Source: an uncultured Brachyspira sp.
GTDB taxonomy: Bacteria > Spirochaetota > Brachyspiria > Brachyspirales > Brachyspiraceae
DNA length: 64,000 nt
Direction: 5' to 3'
NCBI RefSeq assembly: GCF_910578695.1
Contig: NZ_CAJTQJ010000007.1
Coordinates: 14,597-78,596, forward strand
Under the pieces are notes generated by a model. That model made no database searches. It saw nothing but the letters and a program-made list of their open reading frames with translations, and was not told the origin of the DNA. Of the stretch, positions 33,805-41,860 are shown one piece after another (within the stretch, counting starts at the first letter, position 1; each line of letters starts with the position of its first letter). The position numbers and the translations under genes were made by a program.

Positions 33805-33833
33805 TTGATAAAGCATAAAATAAGTATTATACT
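33805..33833 (+). promoter_or_regulatory. Candidate sigma-70-type promoter for the PTS EIICB gene
   Basis: TTGATA (33805..33810), a 17-nt spacer and TATACT (33828..33833) lie about 40 nt upstream of the ATG. Chance matches are common in an AT-rich background. Confidence 0.4.
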
Positions 33834-33872
33834 ATTAATTATGAAGAAAAAATTAATTTTTATGGAGGATAT

Positions 33873-35333
33873 ATGTTTAATTATCTGCAAAAAATAGGTA
33901 AGTCATTAATGGTTCCTGTAGCTGTACTGCCTGCTGCTGCTATTTTATTGGGTATTGGTTATTGGATTGATCCAAACGGCTGGGGTGCTCAAAGCCCCAT
34001 TTCTGCTTTCTTTATTAAAGCGGGCGGATCTATTATAGATAATATGCCTATACTTTTTGCTATCGGCGTTGCTTTCGGTATGTCTAATGATAGAAATGGT
34101 GCTGCAGCTTTAGCAGGGCTTGTCGCTTTTCTAGTTGTTACAACTCTTTTATCTCCTGCCTCAGTTGCTATGATTCAAAGCAAAGATATTGCTGATGTAG
34201 CTCCGGGTTTTGCTAAGATTAATAATCAGTTTGTAGGCATACTTTGCGGCGTTATTGCGGGAATATTATATAATAAATTTTGTAATGTAGAGCTTCCTAA
34301 ATTTTTAGCATTTTTCAGCGGAAGAAGATTTGTACCTATAGTAACTTCTGTAGTTATGCTGGCTGTGTCTTTTATTTTGATGTTAATATGGCCAGTCGTT
34401 TACGGAGGATTAGTAGCATTTGGCGAAGCTATTATAGGTTTAGGTCCTATAGGAGCTGGAATATACGGATTTTTTAATAGGCTTTTAATTCCTGTAGGAC
34501 TGCATCATGCTCTTAATTCAGTATTCTGGTTTGATGTTGCAGGTATTAATGATATACCTAATTTCTTGGGAGGGCAGGCTTCTATAGATGCAGGAAACGC
34601 TGTTATAGGACAAACAGGTATGTATCAGGCTGGCTTTTTTCCTATTATGATGTTCGGATTAGTAGGTGCTTGTTTTGCATTCATTAAAAATGCTAAGCCT
34701 CAAAACAGAGCTAATATAAGATCTATAATGCTTGCGGCTGCTTTTGCTAGTTTTTTTACAGGCGTAACAGAGCCTATAGAATTCTCATTTATGTTTGTTG
34801 CACCAGCTTTATATTTAGTACATGCTGGTTTAACTTGCATATCATTAATCATTGCTGCCAGCTTCAAATGGATGGCTGGTTTCGGATTTTCTGCAGGATT
34901 TATAGATTTGATTTTATCTACTAGAAATCCGTTAGCTTGCAATTGGTATATGCTTATAGTACAGGGTTTAGTATTCTTTATATTATATTATATTATATTT
35001 GATTTTGCTATTAGAAAATTTAATTTAAAAACTCCCGGAAGAGAAGATGATGATTCTGATGAGAGTATAATTTTAACTGTTTCTAATAAATCTTATGCAG
35101 ATAAAGCTATTCTTTTGCTTCCTTTATTAGGCGGTGCTGAAAATATAGTTAATGTTGATAATTGTGCTACCAGATTAAGACTTGAAGTTAAAGACAATTC
35201 TATAATAAAAGATGCTGAAATTAAGAAATCTTTTCCAGGCGTACTTACTCCCGGAAAAACTTCTGTACAGGTAATAGTAGGCACAGATGTTCAATTTTTA
35301 GCAGATGAGTTTAAAAAATTAGTTAATAAATAA
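33873..35333 (+). CDS. PTS glucose/N-acetylglucosamine-family EIIC-EIIB permease
   Basis: EIIC motifs are LGIGYWI and GFFNRLLIPVGLHHALN. A linker follows, then a C-terminal EIIB domain with the active-site Cys (NVDNCATRLRLEVKD). A GGAGG RBS is present. Confidence 0.9.
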   Translation: MFNYLQKIGKSLMVPVAVLPAAAILLGIGYWIDPNGWGAQSPISAFFIKAGGSIIDNMPILFAIGVAFGMSNDRNGAAALAGLVAFLVVTTLLSPASVAMIQSKDIADVAPGFAKINNQFVGILCGVIAGILYNKFCNVELPKFLAFFSGRRFVPIVTSVVMLAVSFILMLIWPVVYGGLVAFGEAIIGLGPIGAGIYGFFNRLLIPVGLHHALNSVFWFDVAGINDIPNFLGGQASIDAGNAVIGQTGMYQAGFFPIMMFGLVGACFAFIKNAKPQNRANIRSIMLAAAFASFFTGVTEPIEFSFMFVAPALYLVHAGLTCISLIIAASFKWMAGFGFSAGFIDLILSTRNPLACNWYMLIVQGLVFFILYYIIFDFAIRKFNLKTPGREDDDSDESIILTVSNKSYADKAILLLPLLGGAENIVNVDNCATRLRLEVKDNSIIKDAEIKKSFPGVLTPGKTSVQVIVGTDVQFLADEFKKLVNK

Positions 35334-35360
35334 TAGAATTGATTTATTAATATTAAATTA

Positions 35361-35393
35361 GACTTGCAGTACTTATTACTGCAGGTCTTTTTT
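35361..35393 (+). terminator. Rho-independent terminator of the EIICB gene
   Basis: gacttgcagta (35361..35371) pairs with tactgcaggtc (35377..35387). The stem is 11 bp with one G-U pair, the loop is cttat, and tttttt follows. Confidence 0.8.
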
Positions 35394-35459
35394 ATTACTA
35401 GAAATAAAATTAATATTATGTTAGTATTATATGATTATTATAAGTATTTGAGGTTTTTT

Positions 35460-36191
35460 ATGATGAAAGATAATATAAAGTTTATGCTTCCTCTAAACTT
35501 ATTTGGAGATAAAGAAAATATATTAAAAGTAAATAATTGTGCTACCAGATTAAGACTTGAAGTTAAAGATATTAATAAAGTTAATACTGAAGAGATAAAA
35601 AAGTATTATCCTGCTGTACAAAAGATAAATGATAATGAGATTCATATAGTTACAGGTATCAATGCCAATTTGATTGCAAAATCTTTAAAAAGTTTATTGG
35701 AAAATGAAGGCATAGGCTTAAAAACGGCTTTGCTTCTTCCATTAGTTGGTAATATAGATAATATATCTAATATAAATAATTGTGCTACCAGATTAAGACT
35801 TGAAGTTAAAGATATCAATAAAGTTAATACTGAAGAGATAAAAAAATATTATCCTGCTGTACAAAAGATAAATGATAATGAGATTCATATAATTATAGGC
35901 ACTGATGCTAATTTACTTGCTCAGTCTTTAAAAAAATTATTGGAAAATGAAGGTATAAGTTTAAAAACGATTTCTCTTCTTCCTATGATTGGCGGTATAG
36001 AAAATATAACTAATATAAATAATTGTGCTACTAGGCTAAGACTTGAAATAAAAGATATTAATAAAGTTAATACTGAAGAGATAAAAAAATATTATCCTGC
36101 TGTACAAAAGATAAATGATAATGAGATTCATATAATTACAGGTACTAATGCCAATTTGCTTGCTGATGAGCTTAAAAAATTTGTAATTTAA
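35460..36191 (+). CDS. Stand-alone protein composed of three tandem PTS EIIB (glucose-family) domains
   Basis: NNCATRLRLE(V/I)KDINKVNTEEIKKYYPAVQKINDNEIHI occurs three times, 81 aa apart. The Cys codons are at 35538, 35781 and 36024. I prefer the start at ATG 35460, which is preceded by GAGG. The ORF-track TTG start at 35364 lies inside the upstream terminator hairpin. Confidence 0.8.
   Translation: MMKDNIKFMLPLNLFGDKENILKVNNCATRLRLEVKDINKVNTEEIKKYYPAVQKINDNEIHIVTGINANLIAKSLKSLLENEGIGLKTALLLPLVGNIDNISNINNCATRLRLEVKDINKVNTEEIKKYYPAVQKINDNEIHIIIGTDANLLAQSLKKLLENEGISLKTISLLPMIGGIENITNINNCATRLRLEIKDINKVNTEEIKKYYPAVQKINDNEIHIITGTNANLLADELKKFVI
35490..36188 (+). repeat. Three tandem 243-bp coding repeats, one EIIB domain each
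   Basis: The period is exactly 243 nt by the Cys codon positions. A 72-nt core is essentially identical in all three copies (35577..35648, 35820..35891, 36063..36134). The flanks are clearly diverged. Confidence 0.9.
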
Positions 36192-36259
36192 TTTTAATAA
36201 AAAAATAAAGAGGGTATAGCCATATTAAGTTTTTGCTATTTATAATAATAACTTTTATA

Positions 36260-37237
36260 TTATTTCATTATAATCTTATCCAATATTTCAAATATTTCTT
36301 TTTTACTCTCGCATTTCATAAGTTCTATTTTATTTTCCATTTTGTATCCTGTAAGATATTTCATAATAAATTTACGCATAAAATGTATTCCGCTTATTTC
36401 TCCGTATAGTATGCAGCATCCGTTTATATGCTCTTCTATAATATTTTTTAAATTATCATTTTCTGAAATATCATTATTGTATATATCATTATCATCAAAT
36501 ATTGTATTAAGCTCTCTGAATATATAAGGATTGCCTATAGCAGCCCTTCCAATCATTATTCCATCAACTTTAGAAATATTAAATGCCTTTATAGCCTCTT
36601 CTTTATTTTTTATATCTCCGTTTCCTATTAAAATATAATCTTTTCCTAGTGCCTCTTTTGTTTTCGCTATAGCCTCCCAATCAGCATTTCCTTTGTATAA
36701 ATCGCTTGCATATCTTCCATGCAATGTAAGAAAGCATGCCCCGTTTTCTTTTAATGCTAAGGCTCTTTCTATTTCTCCTCCTTCTCCTCTTTTAAGTCCT
36801 AATCTTATTTTTACGCTTACAGGCAGCGGGGATACACTTTTGACTGAATTTAATATGGAAATCATTTTATCAGTATCTTCTAAAAGCCCAGCCCCTCCAT
36901 TGTTTTTTATGACTTTTTTGGTAGGACAGCCCATATTAATATCTATAAAAGAAAAACCGCTTAAATCAGTTATTTCTATAGCTCTTTTATAATCATCTTC
37001 ATTTGCTCCGAACAGCTGAAGCGATATAGGATATTCATCTTTTTTATGCTCCATATATCTATAAGTTTTTTTCACTTGTCTTGCTAATGCAGCTGCACTC
37101 ACAAGCTCGGTTGTAAGAAGCCCTGCACCGAATCTTCTTGAAAGCCTTCTAAAAACATAATCTGTATAGCCTGCCATAGGAGCTAAAAAGAATCTTGAGG
37201 GTATATTTACATTTTCTATTATTATATTTCTATTCAT
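36260..37237 (-). CDS. tRNA-dihydrouridine synthase (DusB-like)
   Basis: Motifs LAPMAGYTD, SLQLFG, IDINMGCP (catalytic Cys), VSVKIRLG, LTLHGR and IGNGDI match the Dus family. Confidence 0.88.
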   Translation of the reverse strand: MNRNIIIENVNIPSRFFLAPMAGYTDYVFRRLSRRFGAGLLTTELVSAAALARQVKKTYRYMEHKKDEYPISLQLFGANEDDYKRAIEITDLSGFSFIDINMGCPTKKVIKNNGGAGLLEDTDKMISILNSVKSVSPLPVSVKIRLGLKRGEGGEIERALALKENGACFLTLHGRYASDLYKGNADWEAIAKTKEALGKDYILIGNGDIKNKEEAIKAFNISKVDGIMIGRAAIGNPYIFRELNTIFDDNDIYNNDISENDNLKNIIEEHINGCCILYGEISGIHFMRKFIMKYLTGYKMENKIELMKCESKKEIFEILDKIIMK

Positions 37238-37390
37238 ATTTTTCTTAAATTGATTGATTTAAATTTTATATACTATAAACAATTAATTAAAAAACTTCAA
37301 GGGTATAAAAAGAATAAATATATGTTGACTATAAAATACAATATTATATAATAGTATAGTGCATTCTAACTGTTAAAATAGAGGTAATTT

Positions 37391-39163
37391 GTGGATATAT
37401 ATGATATAGTTGATGATCCTGAAAAACAATTGGAAGTATTTTCAGGAATTATCAAAAGAATGAATTCTAGTAATGATCATGATGAAACTTTAATTACTAT
37501 TATATCTGAAATAAAAACTATAATGTATACAGACTCTATACTTTTATATTTAGTAGATCAGGAACTGCATAATCTTCATTATGAAATATCTATAGGACCT
37601 CTTGGGAGTAAATTTTTCGGACATATTATAGATAAAGAAAAGCCCTTATCTGTAAGAGCATATATGACATCATCTTCTTTATATTCTAATGAGCCTCAGG
37701 AAGATTCAGCATTTATACCAATGAAAGAAATTCTAGGAGATGAATTAAAAAATATATTATTCGTGCCTTTGAAAGTGAGAAAGAGGAATATAGGTTCTTT
37801 ATTTTTAATTAATAAAAAGAATGGTAAATTTATAGAAAAAGATACTATTGTAATGTCATTATTTGCAAATATAGTGTCATTAGCATTGGTTAATAAAATG
37901 GTGTATGACAGAGCACAGTCAAGGGCTTATGAAGTCGGTGCATTATATCAGATGTCAATATCAATTAATAAATGCGATACTATTGAAGAGATACTTAATG
38001 ATAATATAAGTATAGTTTGCGAGGCATTCGAGGTTCATAGAGTATCTGTAATATTAAAAGAAAATGGAGTTTTCAAATTCAAAGCAGGCATTGGTATTGA
38101 TGAGGATGTTATTAAATACGGAGTTGTAACCGTTGATGATAATGTGCTTTCTGAGGTACTTCGCACTAAAAAGCCTATTTATTCATTTGATGTGGATAAA
38201 GATAAAAGATTCAGACCTAATAAAAATCTTAGATATACTAGAAATAGTTTTATGGTTGCACCTATAGTTGGAAAAGATGAGATTATAGGTTTTCTATCAG
38301 CTACTGAACGCAACATTGATAAGGCTTTTAATTTAAGTAATTTATCGCTTTTGGAAATGCTGGCTCAGCAGATTGGCGAAAATTATATGCATATACTTTT
38401 ATCTGAAGAATCAAAAATAAAAGAGTCTTTGGCTGAAGAGATTAATTTTACAGAGCAGCTTCAAAAAAGCGTTTTACCTAAGGAGTTTCCAAGTAACGGA
38501 TTATTTGATATTGCTGCTGTAAGCATTCCTAGTAAAAATGTCGGAGGCGATTTTTATGATTATATTAAAATCAGCGATAGTAAATATGCACTCGTTATAG
38601 CTGATGTGTCAGGCAAAGGCTTGGGGGCAGGATTCTTTATGACTATGACTCGTTCTATACTTAGAGTTTATTTTTCTGAGATGGAAGACCCTGCTAAAAT
38701 ATTAGAGGCAGTTAATAAGCATATATATAAAGATTCTAATAATGGTATGTTTGTTACCTGTTTCATTCTAGTTATTGATACAGAAAATAAAACTGTTACA
38801 TATTCTAATGCAGGACATTTAACTCAGTATTTGATAAAAAAATATGAGATTAGCACTTTAGATTCTATATATGAAATGCATACTCATGGAAAGCCTTTAG
38901 GATTTATTGAAGATGCTTCATATCAAAATAAAATGCTTACCTATTCTAGTTCTGATACTATTATATTATTTACCGACGGAATAACAGAAACATTCAATCA
39001 GTCTGAAGAAGAATATGGAGAAGAAAGACTTAAAGCTATACTTAAAAATGATTATGATAATGCAAAAGAGTTAGTAGATGATATAGTTAATGAAACAGTT
39101 TTATTTAGAGGAAAAACTCCTCAATTTGATGATGTTACTCTTTTAGTAGCAAGGTTATTATAA
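37391..39163 (+). CDS. GAF-domain-containing PP2C-type (SpoIIE/RsbU-like) serine phosphatase
   Basis: Two GAF-like regions form the N-terminal half. The C-terminal PPM/SpoIIE motifs are GGDFYDY, ALVIADVSGKGLGAGFFM, NAGH, LFTDGITE and DDVTLLV. The GTG start lies 6 nt after GAGG. Confidence 0.85.
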   Translation: MDIYDIVDDPEKQLEVFSGIIKRMNSSNDHDETLITIISEIKTIMYTDSILLYLVDQELHNLHYEISIGPLGSKFFGHIIDKEKPLSVRAYMTSSSLYSNEPQEDSAFIPMKEILGDELKNILFVPLKVRKRNIGSLFLINKKNGKFIEKDTIVMSLFANIVSLALVNKMVYDRAQSRAYEVGALYQMSISINKCDTIEEILNDNISIVCEAFEVHRVSVILKENGVFKFKAGIGIDEDVIKYGVVTVDDNVLSEVLRTKKPIYSFDVDKDKRFRPNKNLRYTRNSFMVAPIVGKDEIIGFLSATERNIDKAFNLSNLSLLEMLAQQIGENYMHILLSEESKIKESLAEEINFTEQLQKSVLPKEFPSNGLFDIAAVSIPSKNVGGDFYDYIKISDSKYALVIADVSGKGLGAGFFMTMTRSILRVYFSEMEDPAKILEAVNKHIYKDSNNGMFVTCFILVIDTENKTVTYSNAGHLTQYLIKKYEISTLDSIYEMHTHGKPLGFIEDASYQNKMLTYSSSDTIILFTDGITETFNQSEEEYGEERLKAILKNDYDNAKELVDDIVNETVLFRGKTPQFDDVTLLVARLL

Positions 39164-39164
39164 T

Positions 39165-39300
39165 GAGCAGCTAATAACTTTAGTTATTAGCTATTCTAAA
39201 GCGAGTTTATCCGATAACAATAATAAAGATAAACGAGCAGCTAATAACTTTAGTTATTAGCTATTCTAAAGCGAGTTTATCGATAACAATAATAAATATA
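39165..39300. repeat. Tandem duplication (about 70 bp x 2) of a hairpin-containing intergenic unit
   Basis: gagcagctaataactttagttattagctattctaaagcgagtttatc(c)gataacaataataaa occurs at 39165 and again at 39235. Each copy carries a perfect 10-bp hairpin, agctaataac/gttattagct (39169..39192 and 39239..39262). Confidence 0.9.
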
Positions 39301-39305
39301 AAATT

Positions 39306-40055
39306 ATGAGTATACAATTTATAAACCTAACAATAAATAATATTGATAAAGAACATTTATGCTGTGCAATTTCCGATAAAAAGCATAAAGACGGAGTATT
39401 TGCAAAAAAAGAGTGGTTAAAAGAAAGAATTGCAGAGGGACATGTTTTTCGTAAACTTGATGAAAAAGGAAAGATATTTATTGAATATGCACCTTTGGAA
39501 AAAGCATGGGTTCCTATTATCGGAGATAATTATTTATATATTTATTGTCTTTGGGTGGCTGGATCTTTTAAGGGGAAAGGATATGCAAAGCAGCTCATTG
39601 AATATTGTATAAATGATGCAAAAGATAAAGGAAAGTATGGAGTATGTGTTCTAAGTTCAAAAAAGAAAAAACCGTTTCTCTCTGAAAAGAAATTTTTTAT
39701 GAAATACGGATTTGAAGTTGCAGATACTGCAGGAAATGACTATGAACTTCTAGCTTTATCATTTAACGGAAAAAAGCCTTATTTTTCAGAAAGTGCTAAG
39801 AAGATGAAAATAAAAAATAAAGAGTTTACTATATATTATACGCTTCAATGTCCTTATATATCTAACTGCATAAAAGAGGTAAAAGAATATTGTAATAAAA
39901 ATAATATACCATTAAATTTAATTGCTGTTGATAGTTTGGAAAAATCTAAAAATATTCCATGCATATTTAATAATTATGCTGTTTTTTATAACGGAGAGTT
40001 TGAAACTAATCATCTTCTTAATGAATCATTTTTGAAGAAAAAATTTAATCTGTAA
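39306..40055 (+). CDS. GNAT-family N-acetyltransferase with a YoaP-like C-terminal domain
   Basis: The acetyl-CoA-binding-type segment is LWVAGSFKGKGYAKQLIEYCINDAK. The C-terminal Cys-containing domain (YTLQCPY...IPC...AVFYNGEF) resembles YoaP-type proteins. This is family recognition from memory. Confidence 0.6.
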   Translation: MSIQFINLTINNIDKEHLCCAISDKKHKDGVFAKKEWLKERIAEGHVFRKLDEKGKIFIEYAPLEKAWVPIIGDNYLYIYCLWVAGSFKGKGYAKQLIEYCINDAKDKGKYGVCVLSSKKKKPFLSEKKFFMKYGFEVADTAGNDYELLALSFNGKKPYFSESAKKMKIKNKEFTIYYTLQCPYISNCIKEVKEYCNKNNIPLNLIAVDSLEKSKNIPCIFNNYAVFYNGEFETNHLLNESFLKKKFNL

Positions 40056-40241
40056 AAAAGAATTAGAATCAATTTTAGTATATAAAGAGAACATTTATTT
40101 AAATTATAGATTGACCCGCTTACAATCAAAGCTTTTATGATAAAATGAAACAGTGTCTTTAAATATTTTATATAGTAAAAATATTTAAATAAATACATTT
40201 ATATGTTATACTTGTTTTAATAATATATTTAAGGAAAAACT

Positions 40242-41711
40242 ATGAATAAAATATTTTTATTTATTATAATAATGTCTTTAATGATAATTCAATGCAGTAA
40301 AAAAATAGATACTCAAACTACTGCTGATGATGTTAATACAAATGAAGATATACAATCAAATGAAACTATACCTGCAGCAAAAATATTATCAAAAGAAGAT
40401 GCAGCATTTTTAGAAAAGATAAAGAATAAAATAGTGATAGACGGAGATTTTGAATATACTTTCAAAGAGAATGGAGATTTAGAATTGCTTGATGCTCTTT
40501 ACAGCTTTGAATCTTCAAAAGACGGAACTAATGCTTATTATTATGAAACTTATAATATACAAGATAGGTATAAAAAAGGACCAAGCAGTATAGCTACAAA
40601 TTATAGAGGCTATTCAGTAATAAATGGATTTCTTTATGAAGATAATTATCAAGGATATGAAGGCGACCCAAATGAAACTATAATGACTAAATGGGAGAGG
40701 GAAAATTATTATTCTAATTACTATTACGGAGAAGTAAAAGAAAGTCCTAATTTTGATAATTTTCCTTATGAGAATAAAGCTGATGTAACTTTTAATGAGT
40801 ATAATAGAATATCAAGAGGTATATTAATATCAAAATCAGATTATAAACCTGAAGAAGCAGGTGACATTGATGAATATAATTTTGACGGTATATATTCAAA
40901 TAATAATTCTTTTATTGAGTTAAAGAAAGATGATGACGGAACATTTTATTTCTATGCTGTTAATATAACTGCAAATGAAAAAGGACAAACTATAACTAAT
41001 ATTCAAAGCACAGATATAAGCAAAATGATATTAGAAGAAAATCAGTATGCTGAGCCTTATTGTGAAATATTCGGAGATTCTATGCAGTATGGAGAAGTTT
41101 CAGGTGCTGATTTTACATATATGATAGATATAACTCCTATAAGCTCTGATGCTTTAGTTTTAGTTGAAAATAATGGAAGCTATGGATTTTCCGGCATATA
41201 TAAAAGAGTGCCTGAAATTGTGGAGGCTAATGATAAAAGCACTAAAGAAAAAGTATATTATAATGCATGCAAATGGTACGGTGAAAATATCAGTGAATTA
41301 AATGATATTTTTAATAAAACTGTAGATTTCGATTTTGAGGGCGGCGGATATTATGAGATTAATATGGAGAATGTATATCTATATATATCTAAATTTAAAA
41401 ACTCAGGGTATTTTTCTGACAGCTATATTAAATATTTAGAAAATAATTTTGAAGAAGTAAAAAAGTATTTGCAAGAGAATAAGCAAAATGACGGAGCCCC
41501 TGAGGGTATGGAGTTTGATTGGTTTTTTCGCAGTCAGGAATATGATTATATGCTTGATTTTATAACTAATGAGATGAAGCTTAAAGATATAATAACTTAT
41601 TCAAATGATAACGGAAAAGAGTTTGCATGTATAAGTAACAGAGATATGGGCAGATTTTTAAGTTTACAAGTAAAAAAGTATAATAATGAATGGCTAATTG
41701 AAGGATATTGA
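40242..41711 (+). CDS. Putative lipoprotein of unknown function (489 aa)
   Basis: The signal peptide ends in a lipobox-like IIQC|S. The N-terminal third shares a module with ORFs 46064 and 46602: FKENGDLELL, NAYYYETY, YRGYSVINGFLYED and TKWEREN. Confidence 0.55.
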   Translation: MNKIFLFIIIMSLMIIQCSKKIDTQTTADDVNTNEDIQSNETIPAAKILSKEDAAFLEKIKNKIVIDGDFEYTFKENGDLELLDALYSFESSKDGTNAYYYETYNIQDRYKKGPSSIATNYRGYSVINGFLYEDNYQGYEGDPNETIMTKWERENYYSNYYYGEVKESPNFDNFPYENKADVTFNEYNRISRGILISKSDYKPEEAGDIDEYNFDGIYSNNNSFIELKKDDDGTFYFYAVNITANEKGQTITNIQSTDISKMILEENQYAEPYCEIFGDSMQYGEVSGADFTYMIDITPISSDALVLVENNGSYGFSGIYKRVPEIVEANDKSTKEKVYYNACKWYGENISELNDIFNKTVDFDFEGGGYYEINMENVYLYISKFKNSGYFSDSYIKYLENNFEEVKKYLQENKQNDGAPEGMEFDWFFRSQEYDYMLDFITNEMKLKDIITYSNDNGKEFACISNRDMGRFLSLQVKKYNNEWLIEGY

Positions 41712-41805
41712 AGATAGAAAGATAGAAAGATAGAAAAATATGAAAGATTATAAATAAAAAATCAATTTTTTTAATTTATAAAATATTAAATCTTAACTCA
41801 ATTTA

Positions 41806-41832
41806 TATAAAAATAATATTGTTATTTTTATA
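41806..41832. terminator. Possible AT-only hairpin terminator between convergent genes
   Basis: tataaaaataa (41806..41816) pairs with ttatttttata (41822..41832) across a tattg loop. There are no G-C pairs, so this is weak. Confidence 0.25.
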
Positions 41833-41860
41833 TTGACAAAGATTTAATTATATATTTACA

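Noticed and set aside
33795-33815. The palindrome agcat-a-atgct overlaps the -35 of the candidate EIICB promoter, with a third agcat 6 nt downstream. I considered it as a catabolite-responsive (cre) or other operator site.
   Set aside because: It does not match the cre consensus, as there is no central CG core. An 11-nt palindrome in AT-rich DNA is weak evidence. I note it only as a possible operator.
33677-33872. I searched for sigma-54 (-24 GG / -12 GC) promoters here and in the other intergenic regions, given the NtrC-type activator at 31825.
   Set aside because: I found no TGGCAC-N5-TTGC-like element in any intergenic region. The only TGGCA strings I saw lie inside coding sequence and lack a properly spaced -12 element.
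35364-35459. The ORF-track start (TTG 35364) would add 32 N-terminal residues (MQYLLLQVFFITRNKINIML...) to the triple-EIIB protein.
   Set aside because: The TTG lies inside the stem of the EIICB terminator hairpin (35361..35387). The extension has no EIIB similarity. A GAGG-preceded ATG at 35460 starts right before the first domain.
35490-36188. A regular 243-bp periodic repeat that could superficially suggest a repeat-spacer array.
   Set aside because: The period is far too long for CRISPR. The whole region is one open reading frame encoding three homologous EIIB domains, and there are no cas genes in the window.
36342-36992. Plus-strand ORFs 36342..36527 and 36693..36992 inside the dus gene.
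   Set aside because: They are antisense to the well-supported tRNA-dihydrouridine synthase gene and have no motifs.
41711-41740. A short direct repeat (agatagaa x3) right after the lipoprotein stop codon.
   Set aside because: It is very short (8-nt unit) and purine-only. It is most likely a slippage product, with no associated structure or ORF.
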